Part shown: positions 10,508 through 19,183 of the stretch, one piece after another
How the letters are laid out: each line of letters begins with the position of its first letter
How positions within the stretch are numbered: the first letter of the stretch is position 1
Source: an uncultured Cellvibrionales bacterium
Lineage (GTDB): Bacteria > Pseudomonadota > Gammaproteobacteria > Pseudomonadales > GM7GCV1
NCBI GenBank assembly: GCA_913063225.1
Contig: CAJXYP010000018.1
Coordinates: forward strand, 501-64,500
Direction: 5' to 3'
DNA: 64,000 bases
Notes under the pieces: model-generated
Seen by the model: the letters and a program-made list of their open reading frames with translations, nothing else
Told to the model about the DNA's origin: nothing
The model's database searches: none
Position numbers and translations under genes: made by a program

Positions 10508-11833
10508 TTAATTACTAGGCGAGTTATTGTTGTTCGTCCTTTTTCTGCGGCGAGGACGCCCTTTGTTTCTTGTGTGCGCCATCTCTTGGCGTACAACCGG
10601 GTTGGCTTTTTGATAATCAGTCCACCACTGGCCCAGATTATCAGTATTTTCGCCGGTCTCTTCGCGAAGTAATAGAAAATCATAGCCGGCTCTAAATCGA
10701 GTATGTTCAGCTGTTTTACTGGCTCTCTTGGGCGATATTCGCGGCAGCACAGTTTGTAATTTCCAAACTTCTGCAATGGGCACTGAGAAGCGCTTGGGAA
10801 TAGTTATTCGTACAGATTGTCGGTCAAGCGTCTTACGCGCCGCGGTTTCCATAGCTTCGGAGGGCGACATGCCGTTAGCGCAAAATTCATCAAACGACAA
10901 TTTAGTGGCCGGCCAGAGAAGCGCAGCGTAAAGGAAAAATGGCGCAACGCCTTTGTCCATTTTGATACGGTCGACGGTATTTTCCATGGCCAATTCAATT
11001 AACCTAATCAAGCCCGGGTCAGCGTCAAGCGCATCTGCCGTACCGGGAAAAAGCTGATCAAACAGACCGGTATCTATCAGTTTGCCAAAGGCAATGTCGG
11101 CCGAATCTGTCATCAATACTTTGATAACTTCATCAAACAGTCGTGCCGGAGAAACCTCGGCCATCATATGGCGGTTAACTTCCAGTGCGTCGCAACTGTC
11201 TTGGTCTAGTTGTAGGCCGAGTTTTGCCTCAAATCGAACTGCGCGAAGCATGCGCACAGGATCTTCACGAAAGCGTTCGTAGGGATCACCGATAGTGCGC
11301 AATATTCCATCGCGTAAATCTGCGAAGCCGCCACACATATCAAATAGTGTTTCAGAAGAGGGGTCGTAATAGAAACTATTACAGGTGAAATCTCGGCGGA
11401 TAGCGTCGTCTTCTAGACTACCGTAGACATTGTCCCTAACCAGGATTCCGGTATCACTCTGTTGGCCTTGTGCGCCCTTGCCCTGAGTGTGATGGGCGCG
11501 GAAGGTAGTTACTTCAATAAGTTCTCGGCCCTGCCTTACATGTACGATTTTGAAGCGTCGACCAATAATGCGCGCTCTGGGAAACAAGCGAACAACCTGT
11601 TCCGGTTTGGCGCTCGTGGCAACATCAAAATCTTTGGGTTTAATGCCTGACAGAATATCGCGTATACAACCGCCGACCATATAGGCTTCAAAACCCTTTT
11701 CTTGCAGGCGGAGGACTATGTCCCGCGCGGCTTTGGAGGTTTGATCTGCTTTTATTTTATGGTCGCGTTTGGAGATTTTGTGAGAATCGCCAGCGGGCTT
11801 TTTAAAAATCTTTCTAAGCACCATTTGTCTCAA
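10508..11833 (-). CDS. pcnB: Poly(A) polymerase I
   Basis: GFEAYMVGGCIRD nucleotidyltransferase motif, basic C-terminal tail, and the pcnB-folK arrangement. Confidence 0.92.
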   Translation of the reverse strand: MRQMVLRKIFKKPAGDSHKISKRDHKIKADQTSKAARDIVLRLQEKGFEAYMVGGCIRDILSGIKPKDFDVATSAKPEQVVRLFPRARIIGRRFKIVHVRQGRELIEVTTFRAHHTQGKGAQGQQSDTGILVRDNVYGSLEDDAIRRDFTCNSFYYDPSSETLFDMCGGFADLRDGILRTIGDPYERFREDPVRMLRAVRFEAKLGLQLDQDSCDALEVNRHMMAEVSPARLFDEVIKVLMTDSADIAFGKLIDTGLFDQLFPGTADALDADPGLIRLIELAMENTVDRIKMDKGVAPFFLYAALLWPATKLSFDEFCANGMSPSEAMETAARKTLDRQSVRITIPKRFSVPIAEVWKLQTVLPRISPKRASKTAEHTRFRAGYDFLLLREETGENTDNLGQWWTDYQKANPVVRQEMAHTRNKGRPRRRKRTNNNNSPSN

Positions 11834-11872
11834 AAATCTGTTTAATAGTGGTTGATTGGTTATTCACGGCGC

Positions 11873-12769
11873 TCAGCATACCCTAATAGATTGTTGCTCT
11901 GGCACTTTGTCTATATTCCAGTTTTGCACGGCAAAATCGAGAACCTCCGACGGGCCAGCATTTTCTAGATCCTCCGCTGTTTCTTGGCCGAGAAACTGCA
12001 AGGCTGCAACCAAATTTCTTGAAGCATTTTTGCCATCCAATGGCTCGGCCTGGTTTTGCTTACTTAGCTTATGTCCGTCACTGCCCAGCGCCATAGGAAC
12101 ATGTCCATACCGCGCCGTATTTATATCTAGAGCATTTAGCAGCATCAACTGGCGGGCCGTTGAATCAAATAAATCATAGCCACGGATTACATGAGTGATG
12201 TCCTGCTGCCAATCATCCACTGCAACCGCTAATTGGTAGCTGTAGACCTGATCTCTTCGAAATAAAACAAAATCACCCTGAACTCCTGCTTTACCTAATT
12301 CAGTGGGCCCCTGAATTAGGTCTTCCCAGCGAGCTGATTTATCTACCGCGAACCTAACCGAGTGCGGAATATCATCTGCCAGCGCAGCATTTTTGCAGCG
12401 GCCATCGTAGGTACCGCCCATGGCCGCAATATCGGCTCGGGTACAACGGCAATGGTAGGTTCTTGTCTGTGCCCCAAGTTGATCAAGCGCTTCCTTATAC
12501 AAGTCATGCCGCTGGCTTTGGTAACTAACGGGCTCATTCCACACAAAAGCGTGTGCTTCGAGGCTGTTTAATATGTACTTGTCCGATTCCGCCACTACAC
12601 GGGGAGGGTCTATATCTTCAATACGCACCAGCCACTCACCATTGTTTGCCCGCGCATCCAGCCAGCTGGCAAGAGCGGCAACAAGAGATCCGAAGTGAAG
12701 GGGCCCGGTAGGCGAAGGGGCAAAACGACCGCGATATGTTTGGGTCATATGTTCAAAAGCTACCGGCAT
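11873..12769 (-). CDS. gluQ: Glutamyl-Q tRNA(Asp) synthetase (start could be the internal ATG at 12748)
   Basis: YRGRFAPSPTGPLHFGSLVAAL is a class I HIGH-type motif. The truncated GluRS-like length and the position downstream of dksA fit. Confidence 0.88.
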   Translation of the reverse strand: MPVAFEHMTQTYRGRFAPSPTGPLHFGSLVAALASWLDARANNGEWLVRIEDIDPPRVVAESDKYILNSLEAHAFVWNEPVSYQSQRHDLYKEALDQLGAQTRTYHCRCTRADIAAMGGTYDGRCKNAALADDIPHSVRFAVDKSARWEDLIQGPTELGKAGVQGDFVLFRRDQVYSYQLAVAVDDWQQDITHVIRGYDLFDSTARQLMLLNALDINTARYGHVPMALGSDGHKLSKQNQAEPLDGKNASRNLVAALQFLGQETAEDLENAGPSEVLDFAVQNWNIDKVPEQQSIRVC

Positions 12770-12865
12770 TGTTTACTAGAAACAAATACCGGTCAGTTTG
12801 ATTGAGAGTCAGAATTAAGATTAGGAACCGAAAGTAGAAACCCAAAGCAGGAACCAAGGTGCCTA

Positions 12866-13318
12866 CTAAGCAGTGGTTTGCTTCTCGCGTATTTCATCGA
12901 GAGTTTTGCAATCAATGCAAAGCGTAGCGGTAGGCCGTGCCTCTAAACGTCGAACGCCAATTTCAACGCCACACTGGTCACACCAACCGTAGTCGTCATT
13001 CTTGATAAGTTCGAGAGTTTTATCGATCTTTTTAATTAGCTTACGCTCGCGGTCACGAGTTCTCAGCTCAAGGCTAAATTCTTCTTCTTGAGTAGCTCTA
13101 TCCGCTGGATCAGGAAAGTTAGCTGCCTCATCCTTCATGTGCATCATTGTGCGGTCGACTTCTTCCATCAACTCGGCTTTCCATGCGTTTAGAATAGCCG
13201 TGAAATGAGCGCGCTGCGCCTCAATCATATATTCTTCAGTCTTTTTGAGCTTGTAAGGTTCTATGCCGTGTACGGCTAGAGTTGGTCCGGCCTTCTTTGC
13301 CGCAGATTTTGTTGCCAT
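12866..13318 (-). CDS. dksA: RNA polymerase-binding transcription factor DksA
   Basis: 150 aa with a coiled coil bearing acidic tip residues and a C4 zinc finger [25 protein letters not shown]. Confidence 0.95.
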   Translation of the reverse strand: MATKSAAKKAGPTLAVHGIEPYKLKKTEEYMIEAQRAHFTAILNAWKAELMEEVDRTMMHMKDEAANFPDPADRATQEEEFSLELRTRDRERKLIKKIDKTLELIKNDDYGWCDQCGVEIGVRRLEARPTATLCIDCKTLDEIREKQTTA

Positions 13319-13447
13319 TCGCGTGTCTCTTGTATCTTGAAAGACGGATTAAAAACGAGGCGCGACGTTACCAGAAGAGTGCCAATACTTCCATATTTTT
13401 TGGCTAAAATTCGACGATTCAGCAGATAATAAGGTAGATCCAGTTAG

Positions 13448-14167
13448 ATGAAGTTTGACCCACCCCTAGAGCCCGCCAAATTTGTGCGCCGGTACAAAAG
13501 GTTTTTTGCGGATTTGCAGCTTTCAGATGGGACGATAGAGACTGCACACTGCCCTAATACCGGCTCTATGCGCAATTGCTTGGTCGAGGGCTCCCTCTGC
13601 TACTTCTCCCGCAGCGATAACCCCAAGCGCAAATTAAAGACCAGCCTAGAGTATGTAACCTGCACCACGGGAAGGCTCGCCTGCGTAAATACCCAGCGCG
13701 CAAATCAGATAGTCAAAGAGGCCTTACACCTAGGCAAAATCAGTGAACTGGCGGGATACCAGAAAATAGCTTCCGAAGTTAAGTACGGCGAAGAAAATAG
13801 CCGAATCGATTTCAAGTTGTTCAATGGGGAAAATATCGGTACAGAAGGCGGTGACTGTTTTGTTGAGGTGAAGAGTGTGACCTTGGCCGAGAACACGGCC
13901 GCAAGCTTTCCAGACTCGGTAACCACGAGAGGCCAAAAGCATATAAGAGAACTAATGGCTATGCGGGAAGAGGGCCATCGCGCCGTGCTCTTTTTTTGTG
14001 TGCAGCATCAGGGAATAGAAAAGGTTAGCGTAGCAGCGGATATCGATCCTGAGTATGCGGGGCTACTAGAGCTAGCTATGCAGAGGGGTGTTGAGGTCCT
14101 AGCCTACCAAAGCCGCGTATTGCCTGATGAACTAGCGGTTCATCAGGCAATACCCTTCGAGCTGTAA
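13448..14167 (+). CDS. sfsA: Sugar fermentation stimulation protein A (SfsA family nuclease-like DNA-binding protein)
   Basis: 239 aa with …KFVRRYKRFFADL…AHCPNTGSM…, typical of SfsA. Confidence 0.9.
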   Translation: MKFDPPLEPAKFVRRYKRFFADLQLSDGTIETAHCPNTGSMRNCLVEGSLCYFSRSDNPKRKLKTSLEYVTCTTGRLACVNTQRANQIVKEALHLGKISELAGYQKIASEVKYGEENSRIDFKLFNGENIGTEGGDCFVEVKSVTLAENTAASFPDSVTTRGQKHIRELMAMREEGHRAVLFFCVQHQGIEKVSVAADIDPEYAGLLELAMQRGVEVLAYQSRVLPDELAVHQAIPFEL

Positions 14168-14205
14168 TTTTCCAGCTATAACTTTTGATTGGTAAGTTTT
14201 GACCT

Positions 14206-15363
14206 TTAACGAGTATCCGGCGGCAATTCGCAGTTCAAATCAAAGGCGATATTTCTATAAGTTTTACCGTTTATCACTATATCCAACTGGTGCTGTCCGG
14301 AATAGTAAGCGCGCGTATTGATCTTGCGGATAGCGTGTTTCTTGCTAATGGCTAGACTTTGCCCCGGCTTTAAGTCCATTTCCTTCCACTTAAATACCTT
14401 AGGCGAGAGTGATCCATTCGCTTTGCGATGATGAATAACAAAATCGATGGCCAGGTGTTGAGTGCTTTTAGACTTTGAATGAATTTGGGTTTCAAAAGCC
14501 AAGGCTTCGCCCAGTTTTATCTTACTACTAGATAGTTTTACGTCACCTAATTCGAGCTTTGGATTAGCCGTAAAACCCAGCAACGGAAATACATCTGCGC
14601 GCCCACTTTTAATCAAGCTGCGCATAGCGTGCCGAACAATCCATTTAGTATCTGCTGAAACTTCATTGGTAGCTTGTGTGCCCCTTAGCCAATATTGGCA
14701 AACCTCAACGGCGATATCCGGATTGTCCTTAGATATATCGTTCAAACTATTGGCCACCGATCGACGCACGTAATCACTTGGGTCGTTATTTAGGCGCGTC
14801 AACAAAGGAATAAGCGGGGTAGGGTCATCGCAGTAGGGTGGCAGCCGCATACCCCAAGGCAATCGTGGTCGGCTGCCTTCAGATACCAAGCGGCGCACCT
14901 GGTGGTTCGAGTCGTCCACCCAGGTTTCAAACGCTGCTAAGCAAAGCTCGGGGTAGCGCAATATAAAGGGCCGAATGGCAAATTCAGCAGAGAACATATG
15001 TGTCAGATGTTTAAGTAGGTCTAAGGATACTTCCGGATGCTCAAGACCATAGGTAGCTGCATAATCGATAACCGGCCAGCTAGCAAAGCTTCTAATAGGG
15101 TCGGTGGGGTCACCGAAGTCCCAATTATTTGGTGCGCGGCGCAAGATATCCGCGGTTTTAACAAAATCATCGGGCAAGTGCTGGTTTAAAGCTGATACAA
15201 GATGGTTAACGCGCTGCTTTAGCCCGAGATCTCGGATACCGCGTAATGCGGTCTGCTCGAATCCCTTTACGTCAAATGCAGGCCAAGCGGCCTGCATACC
15301 TGAGGCAATACGTAGGACGGCTGTTTCGCCTAAGCCGTCTTTCATTAAGAATTGATCTGACAT
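14206..15363 (-). CDS. DNA alkylation repair protein family (COG4335-type HEAT-repeat protein)
   Basis: 385 aa; …RRLVSEGSRPRLPWGMRLP…DPSDYVRRSVANSLNDISKDNP… matches the family pattern as I recall it. Confidence 0.6.
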   Translation of the reverse strand: MSDQFLMKDGLGETAVLRIASGMQAAWPAFDVKGFEQTALRGIRDLGLKQRVNHLVSALNQHLPDDFVKTADILRRAPNNWDFGDPTDPIRSFASWPVIDYAATYGLEHPEVSLDLLKHLTHMFSAEFAIRPFILRYPELCLAAFETWVDDSNHQVRRLVSEGSRPRLPWGMRLPPYCDDPTPLIPLLTRLNNDPSDYVRRSVANSLNDISKDNPDIAVEVCQYWLRGTQATNEVSADTKWIVRHAMRSLIKSGRADVFPLLGFTANPKLELGDVKLSSSKIKLGEALAFETQIHSKSKSTQHLAIDFVIHHRKANGSLSPKVFKWKEMDLKPGQSLAISKKHAIRKINTRAYYSGQHQLDIVINGKTYRNIAFDLNCELPPDTR

Positions 15364-15410
15364 GCATCTAGCTTAGGTATTAGTTTAGGTTGTAGCAATA
15401 TCAGATATTG

Positions 15411-15465
15411 CTGATTTTAGTGGGCGACACGAGGATTGAAAATCCTCGTGTCGAGGTGTTGGGTA
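15411..15465 (+). repeat. tRNA-Phe 3'-half-like repeat, copy R1 (short form; anticodon arm extended into a perfect 11-bp hairpin)
   Basis: ctgattttagtgggCGACACGAGGAttgaaaaTCCTCGTGTCGaggtgttggg. GAGGA-TTGAAAA-TCCTC-GTGTC equals the tRNA-Phe(GAA) anticodon arm plus variable loop. Confidence 0.7.
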
Positions 15466-15521
15466 AGAGAGTATATTTTCGGCGCAGAAGCGCCCATTTG
15501 GCCCTGCCAGCAGTCCGCTCC

Positions 15522-16781
15522 CTAAATTGGCTCTTCCTCGTTGCGAGGGTCTAAATCTGCTGCACCAAGTGTCGTTTTTGGAAGCATCTGAAATGGCTCG
15601 TAGTAGGTTCTGTCAGATTTGTGCAGGGTCAGGCGGTAGGCCGTCCACGTGGCGCCGAAAAAGTAAATAACCCCAATGATCACAAAATAAACATCGACAA
15701 ATCCAACGACAGTGAACCCACCGTAAAGGAGGGGGCCAACGGTAGAGCCGATGCCATATGCCACTAGCATCGCGCTTGAGATTGTTAGAAACTTACCATC
15801 AGCGTTGTCATTTGCGTGGGCGATTGCGAGAGAATACATTGGCATTGCAGTGCCACCCAGGATGAATCCCAACGTATAGAGCGATACCCTGCTAGTGGGC
15901 AAGGATAAGAAAACTATGATGCCAGCGCAAGCGACCAAGCTCAGGCCTAGCAGTACCCATCGTCTATCAATCCAATCGGACAATCGCCCAACTGGAAGTT
16001 GGCAAACTACCCCACCGAGCAGAGTGGCTGCAATAAAGTTTGGGCCAGCACCAGGTTCCAACGAATTGGCATAAACGGCACCGTTGCTCCATACCAGTCC
16101 CATTACCACACCCGACACCGCCGCCAAAATCAGACCTACCTGTGACGCTTTGTAGGTTTGGGCGAAGCTCAGCGTTACTTCAGATGGAATCTCTGGCTGC
16201 GGACTGAGAGTAAGCGCGACAGGAAGTATGGCAAGGCCGAATATTATCGCAATAATAATTGCTCCTTCATTGATATTGGCATCGAATACCAATAGCTGGC
16301 CGAGTAACATCGCGACAAGAGAAAGAAAACCATAGAACGACAAGACCGCTCCCCTCGATTCACTCGGGGATCGCTCGTTCAGCCAGCTTTCCAAAACCAT
16401 GTATAGGCCCGCGAAAGCTGCACCCGTGATTGCACGTGCCGCGATCCAGACTGGAATGAACTGCCACTTCTGAATTATCAGAATCGATACAATGGCGAGA
16501 CCCGAACACACCGTGAATACCCGAATGTGCCCAACTCGCCGAACGAGCAGCGGAATGAAATAGCACCCTAGAATAAAGCCTAGAAAATAAGCAGAACCCG
16601 TTAGCCCTATTGTTGCGGATGACCAGCCCAAAGATTGCGCTGCGAGCGGCAACAACGTCTGTTGAAGACCGTGGCCTACAAGCAAAATGGATAGCGATAA
16701 AAATATGCTAAAAAGGGATAGCAGGATTATTGTCATTTCATATCTAAGAAAGTTTTGTTCTGTCCATTCATGAGAATACAT
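15522..16781 (-). CDS. MFS transporter (12-TM type); the true start may be the ATG at 16736, just outside repeat R2
   Basis: 419 aa and highly hydrophobic, with MFS-like loop motifs (…LLVRRVGHIRVF…). Confidence 0.8.
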   Translation of the reverse strand: MYSHEWTEQNFLRYEMTIILLSLFSIFLSLSILLVGHGLQQTLLPLAAQSLGWSSATIGLTGSAYFLGFILGCYFIPLLVRRVGHIRVFTVCSGLAIVSILIIQKWQFIPVWIAARAITGAAFAGLYMVLESWLNERSPSESRGAVLSFYGFLSLVAMLLGQLLVFDANINEGAIIIAIIFGLAILPVALTLSPQPEIPSEVTLSFAQTYKASQVGLILAAVSGVVMGLVWSNGAVYANSLEPGAGPNFIAATLLGGVVCQLPVGRLSDWIDRRWVLLGLSLVACAGIIVFLSLPTSRVSLYTLGFILGGTAMPMYSLAIAHANDNADGKFLTISSAMLVAYGIGSTVGPLLYGGFTVVGFVDVYFVIIGVIYFFGATWTAYRLTLHKSDRTYYEPFQMLPKTTLGAADLDPRNEEEPI

Positions 16782-16907
16782 GAGAACGTATGATAACTTA
16801 TACCGTGGAAATGTATATCACGTAAGTCTATGATTTAATTAATAAAGTTAAAAATCAGTCTAAATTAAAAATCCTCGAGTCTGTGGTTCGATTCCGCTAG
16901 GCCTATC
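16741..16907 (+). repeat. tRNA-Phe 3'-half-like repeat, copy R2 (long form with 5' arm and iterons; best preserved T-arm)
   Basis: …catgagaatacatgagaacgtatgataacttataccg…aaATTAAAAATCCTCGAGTCTGTGGTTCGATTCCGCtagg. It aligns along about 165 nt with R4 and R5. Confidence 0.8.
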
Positions 16908-16910
16908 TAG

Positions 16911-17897
16911 TCAGTCTTTGAGGTATCGAAAGAATTTTTTCTGGTAAACGGCGGGCGATAAGCCGGTCCCTTGCTTGAATATTCGTCGAAAGAAACTCAC
17001 GTTTTCATATCCAACATTAAATGAGATTTCATCGAATGAGCGTCTACCATTCTCTAGTTCTTTTTTTGCAGCCTCTATTCTGATCTGCTGTAGATATTTT
17101 ATGGCGGACTCTCCAGTCGCTGCTTTAAATCGTCTATTAAAATTGCGCGAACTCATTCCAGATCCTTTTGCCAAGTCTTCAACGGATAAGCTTTGGGGGT
17201 ATTCTGATTCAATCACCTTTTGAGCTTTTAAGATCTGACTGTCTTGGTGATTCTTCTTTGGAATAAAAACAGTAAATGGCAATTGCGACAAACTGTCCAT
17301 ATCAATCAAAGTGCATCGTGAACTTTGCAAGGCTACTTCTCTCCCGCAGTACTTGTTAATAAGATAAATAGACAAATTAAGATCTGCCGTTACTCCTCCA
17401 CCACAAAAGAGGCGTCCTTCGTCAGTAACCATTAAGTCAGTTCGCAAATCTATTTTAGGAAAAGATTTTTTGAATGCATGAGCCACTCCCCAATGAGTCG
17501 TCGCCTTCTTGCCATCCAATAGACCTGTAGCTGCCAAGGTGAAGGCACCTGTGCATATACTGGCTAAGTCAGAACCTTGGCTATAACACTTCTTTAGCCA
17601 ATCTACCTTTGTAAAAAAGGCTTCATCCTGAACTCCAAACTTGAATGCTTGAGAGGGAATTATTATCAAATCAGGTATTTCAATCTCATCGATGGAACAG
17701 TGAGGAGTAATGAGGACCTGGTTTGTCGCCATAACAGGCTTCCCAGTTAGAGTAGCAATTTTTACGTCAAAGAGTGGAGAGGGGGTTTTTCCTAAAATAC
17801 CATTCCACAAGACACCTGCTTGCATAAGAATATCCATAGGTCCACCGACACTTGAAAATAGACAATGTTCTGATGCGAGAATTACTACTTTTTTCAT
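16911..17897 (-). CDS. GlxA-family transcriptional regulator (DJ-1/PfpI-like domain + AraC-type HTH)
   Basis: MKKVVILASEHCLFSSVGGPMDIL… at the N-terminus and an AraC HTH at the C-terminus (…SVEDLAKGSGMSSRNFNRRFK…GYENVSFFRRIFK). An AAGGAT SD precedes the ATG at 17897. Confidence 0.8.
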   Translation of the reverse strand: MKKVVILASEHCLFSSVGGPMDILMQAGVLWNGILGKTPSPLFDVKIATLTGKPVMATNQVLITPHCSIDEIEIPDLIIIPSQAFKFGVQDEAFFTKVDWLKKCYSQGSDLASICTGAFTLAATGLLDGKKATTHWGVAHAFKKSFPKIDLRTDLMVTDEGRLFCGGGVTADLNLSIYLINKYCGREVALQSSRCTLIDMDSLSQLPFTVFIPKKNHQDSQILKAQKVIESEYPQSLSVEDLAKGSGMSSRNFNRRFKAATGESAIKYLQQIRIEAAKKELENGRRSFDEISFNVGYENVSFFRRIFKQGTGLSPAVYQKKFFRYLKD

Positions 17898-18107
17898 GCT
17901 TTTATCCTTTTCCAGACTTGGCCTAATCGGTCTTTTATTGTCCGTTATGAGGCTAACTTGAAAAATGAACAAAAGCTATATTGCATCTATGAGTTTTGGA
18001 CGAAACAAAACTTCTTCGAAAGCAAAGCTATTAACCTTTGCCGTAAGAGATATTGAACCAAGTTGTATACACAATATTTATAACTGAACCAACGAAAGGG
18101 AATATAA

Positions 18108-18404
18108 ATGCAAATCTTAGCTATAAGTAAATTTAAAGAGGGAACAACCATGGACAAAATGGGCCCCCATCTGGCTGATGAAGTAAAGCACACGCTAGAG
18201 GCTTATCTGGACGGAAATATTCGCAATTTCTGGTTCAAGGTGGGTAGCCCCGGCATAGTATTAATGCTGGAAAGTGCTGATGAAGATGAAGCCCTCGGCG
18301 TTTTAGAAGAGATGCCGCTGACGGCTGCCGGGTTTATCGAATTCGATATCATTCCGCTTCAACCACTTAAGCCACTGGGTACTTTGATTGGGCGTAAAAT
18401 GTGA
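18108..18404 (+). CDS. Small protein, possibly with a muconolactone-isomerase-like ferredoxin fold
   Basis: 98 aa with an AAAGGGA SD upstream. The pattern (…W….G.PG…..ES.DE…..L..MPL……E..PL.P) resembles the MIase family. The functional call is weak. Confidence 0.4.
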   Translation: MQILAISKFKEGTTMDKMGPHLADEVKHTLEAYLDGNIRNFWFKVGSPGIVLMLESADEDEALGVLEEMPLTAAGFIEFDIIPLQPLKPLGTLIGRKM

Positions 18405-18470
18405 CCCTGAGAACGCACGATTATTTTAATTTGAATGAAGGCAGCGCTGACAATTTAACCCGCGGTATCA

Positions 18471-18540
18471 GATGATTTTGTCAGTGCTGTTATTTCGAGT
18501 CTAGAATTGAAAATATTCGTGTCGGGGGTTGGATTTGATA
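18471..18540 (+). repeat. tRNA-Phe 3'-half-like repeat, copy R3 (short form)
   Basis: agatgattttgtcag…tctagaATTGAAAATATTCGTGTCGGGGGTTGGATTTGat. Confidence 0.65.
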
Positions 18541-18546
18541 GATTTG

Positions 18547-18987
18547 TTAGGTGTTTTGTTGGGATAAGACATTCAGAGCCAGGTCACGTATTTCGAACGG
18601 TAAAGCAGACGATGCGCTTTCGAAAACTCCCCTAATGTATTCAAAATCTGGTATCCCGCCTGGAACGTGTATAGGGGTCATTTTATACCCCATGACAAGG
18701 GGCTCTCCCGGATCCACAGAAACGTGATGCGTCTTCGCAGGTACTCGCCAAATCAGAGCCTTTTCTTCGGAATCCTTGTCATAGCAAAGCTCGAATCCGC
18801 TTACAGCGCCGTCAGCGCTGTACCAAAATATTAAATCCATTTCATTTGATGAAAACCATCTTCGACGATCTTCACCCTCGATTTGTCGAGTTTTTAAAAC
18901 TTCAGTTAGCATTCTCATGGTACCCAATAGTGAGTGAATAAGGCCTGAGACATCGGTTTTTAATTTAAGAATTGCTTGTTTGTCCAC
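18547..18987 (-). CDS. Hypothetical protein (146 aa, no recognisable domain); its GTG start lies inside repeat R4
   Basis: A long ORF filling the module between R3 and R4. I recognise no motif. Confidence 0.5.
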   Translation of the reverse strand: MDKQAILKLKTDVSGLIHSLLGTMRMLTEVLKTRQIEGEDRRRWFSSNEMDLIFWYSADGAVSGFELCYDKDSEEKALIWRVPAKTHHVSVDPGEPLVMGYKMTPIHVPGGIPDFEYIRGVFESASSALPFEIRDLALNVLSQQNT

Positions 18988-19125
18988 TCATGAGAATACA
19001 TGAGTGTGCATCAGAACCTATACCGGGAAAATGTCGATCGCGTAAGCAACTGATTTTATTGGTTTAGTCAAAATTCCGTCCAAATTGAAAATCATCGTGT
19101 CGGGATTCGATACCAATCTTCGCTA
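18961..19125 (+). repeat. tRNA-Phe 3'-half-like repeat, copy R4 (long form with 5' arm and iterons)
   Basis: …catgagaatacatgagtgtgcatcagaacctataccg…cgtaagcaactgattttattgg…caaATTGAAAATCATCGTGTCGGGATTCGATACCaatc. Confidence 0.8.
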
Positions 19126-19183
19126 TCATCAGTACCTTAATTCCCGTAATTGATTTAATCTGTCTATCTCATAGTTCGAAACT

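Noticed and set aside
10504-10776. 90-aa minus-strand ORF overlapping the 3' end of pcnB
   Set aside because: It is an alternative frame within the well-supported pcnB CDS, with an odd composition and no independent support.
14168-14205. A possible ninth repeat copy (R0) in cttttgattggtaagttttgacc between sfsA and the alkylation-repair gene
   Set aside because: It only vaguely resembles the tgattttattgg segment and has no ATTGAAAATC or GTTCGATTCC block. The evidence is too weak to call.
16784-16810. XerC/XerD dif-like (pdif) site within acgtatgataacttataccgtgg
   Set aside because: Only a partial resemblance to the XerC arm (…ATAA) exists. The putative XerD arm does not match TTATGTTAAAT, and the spacer/arm geometry is not conserved among R2, R4 and R5.
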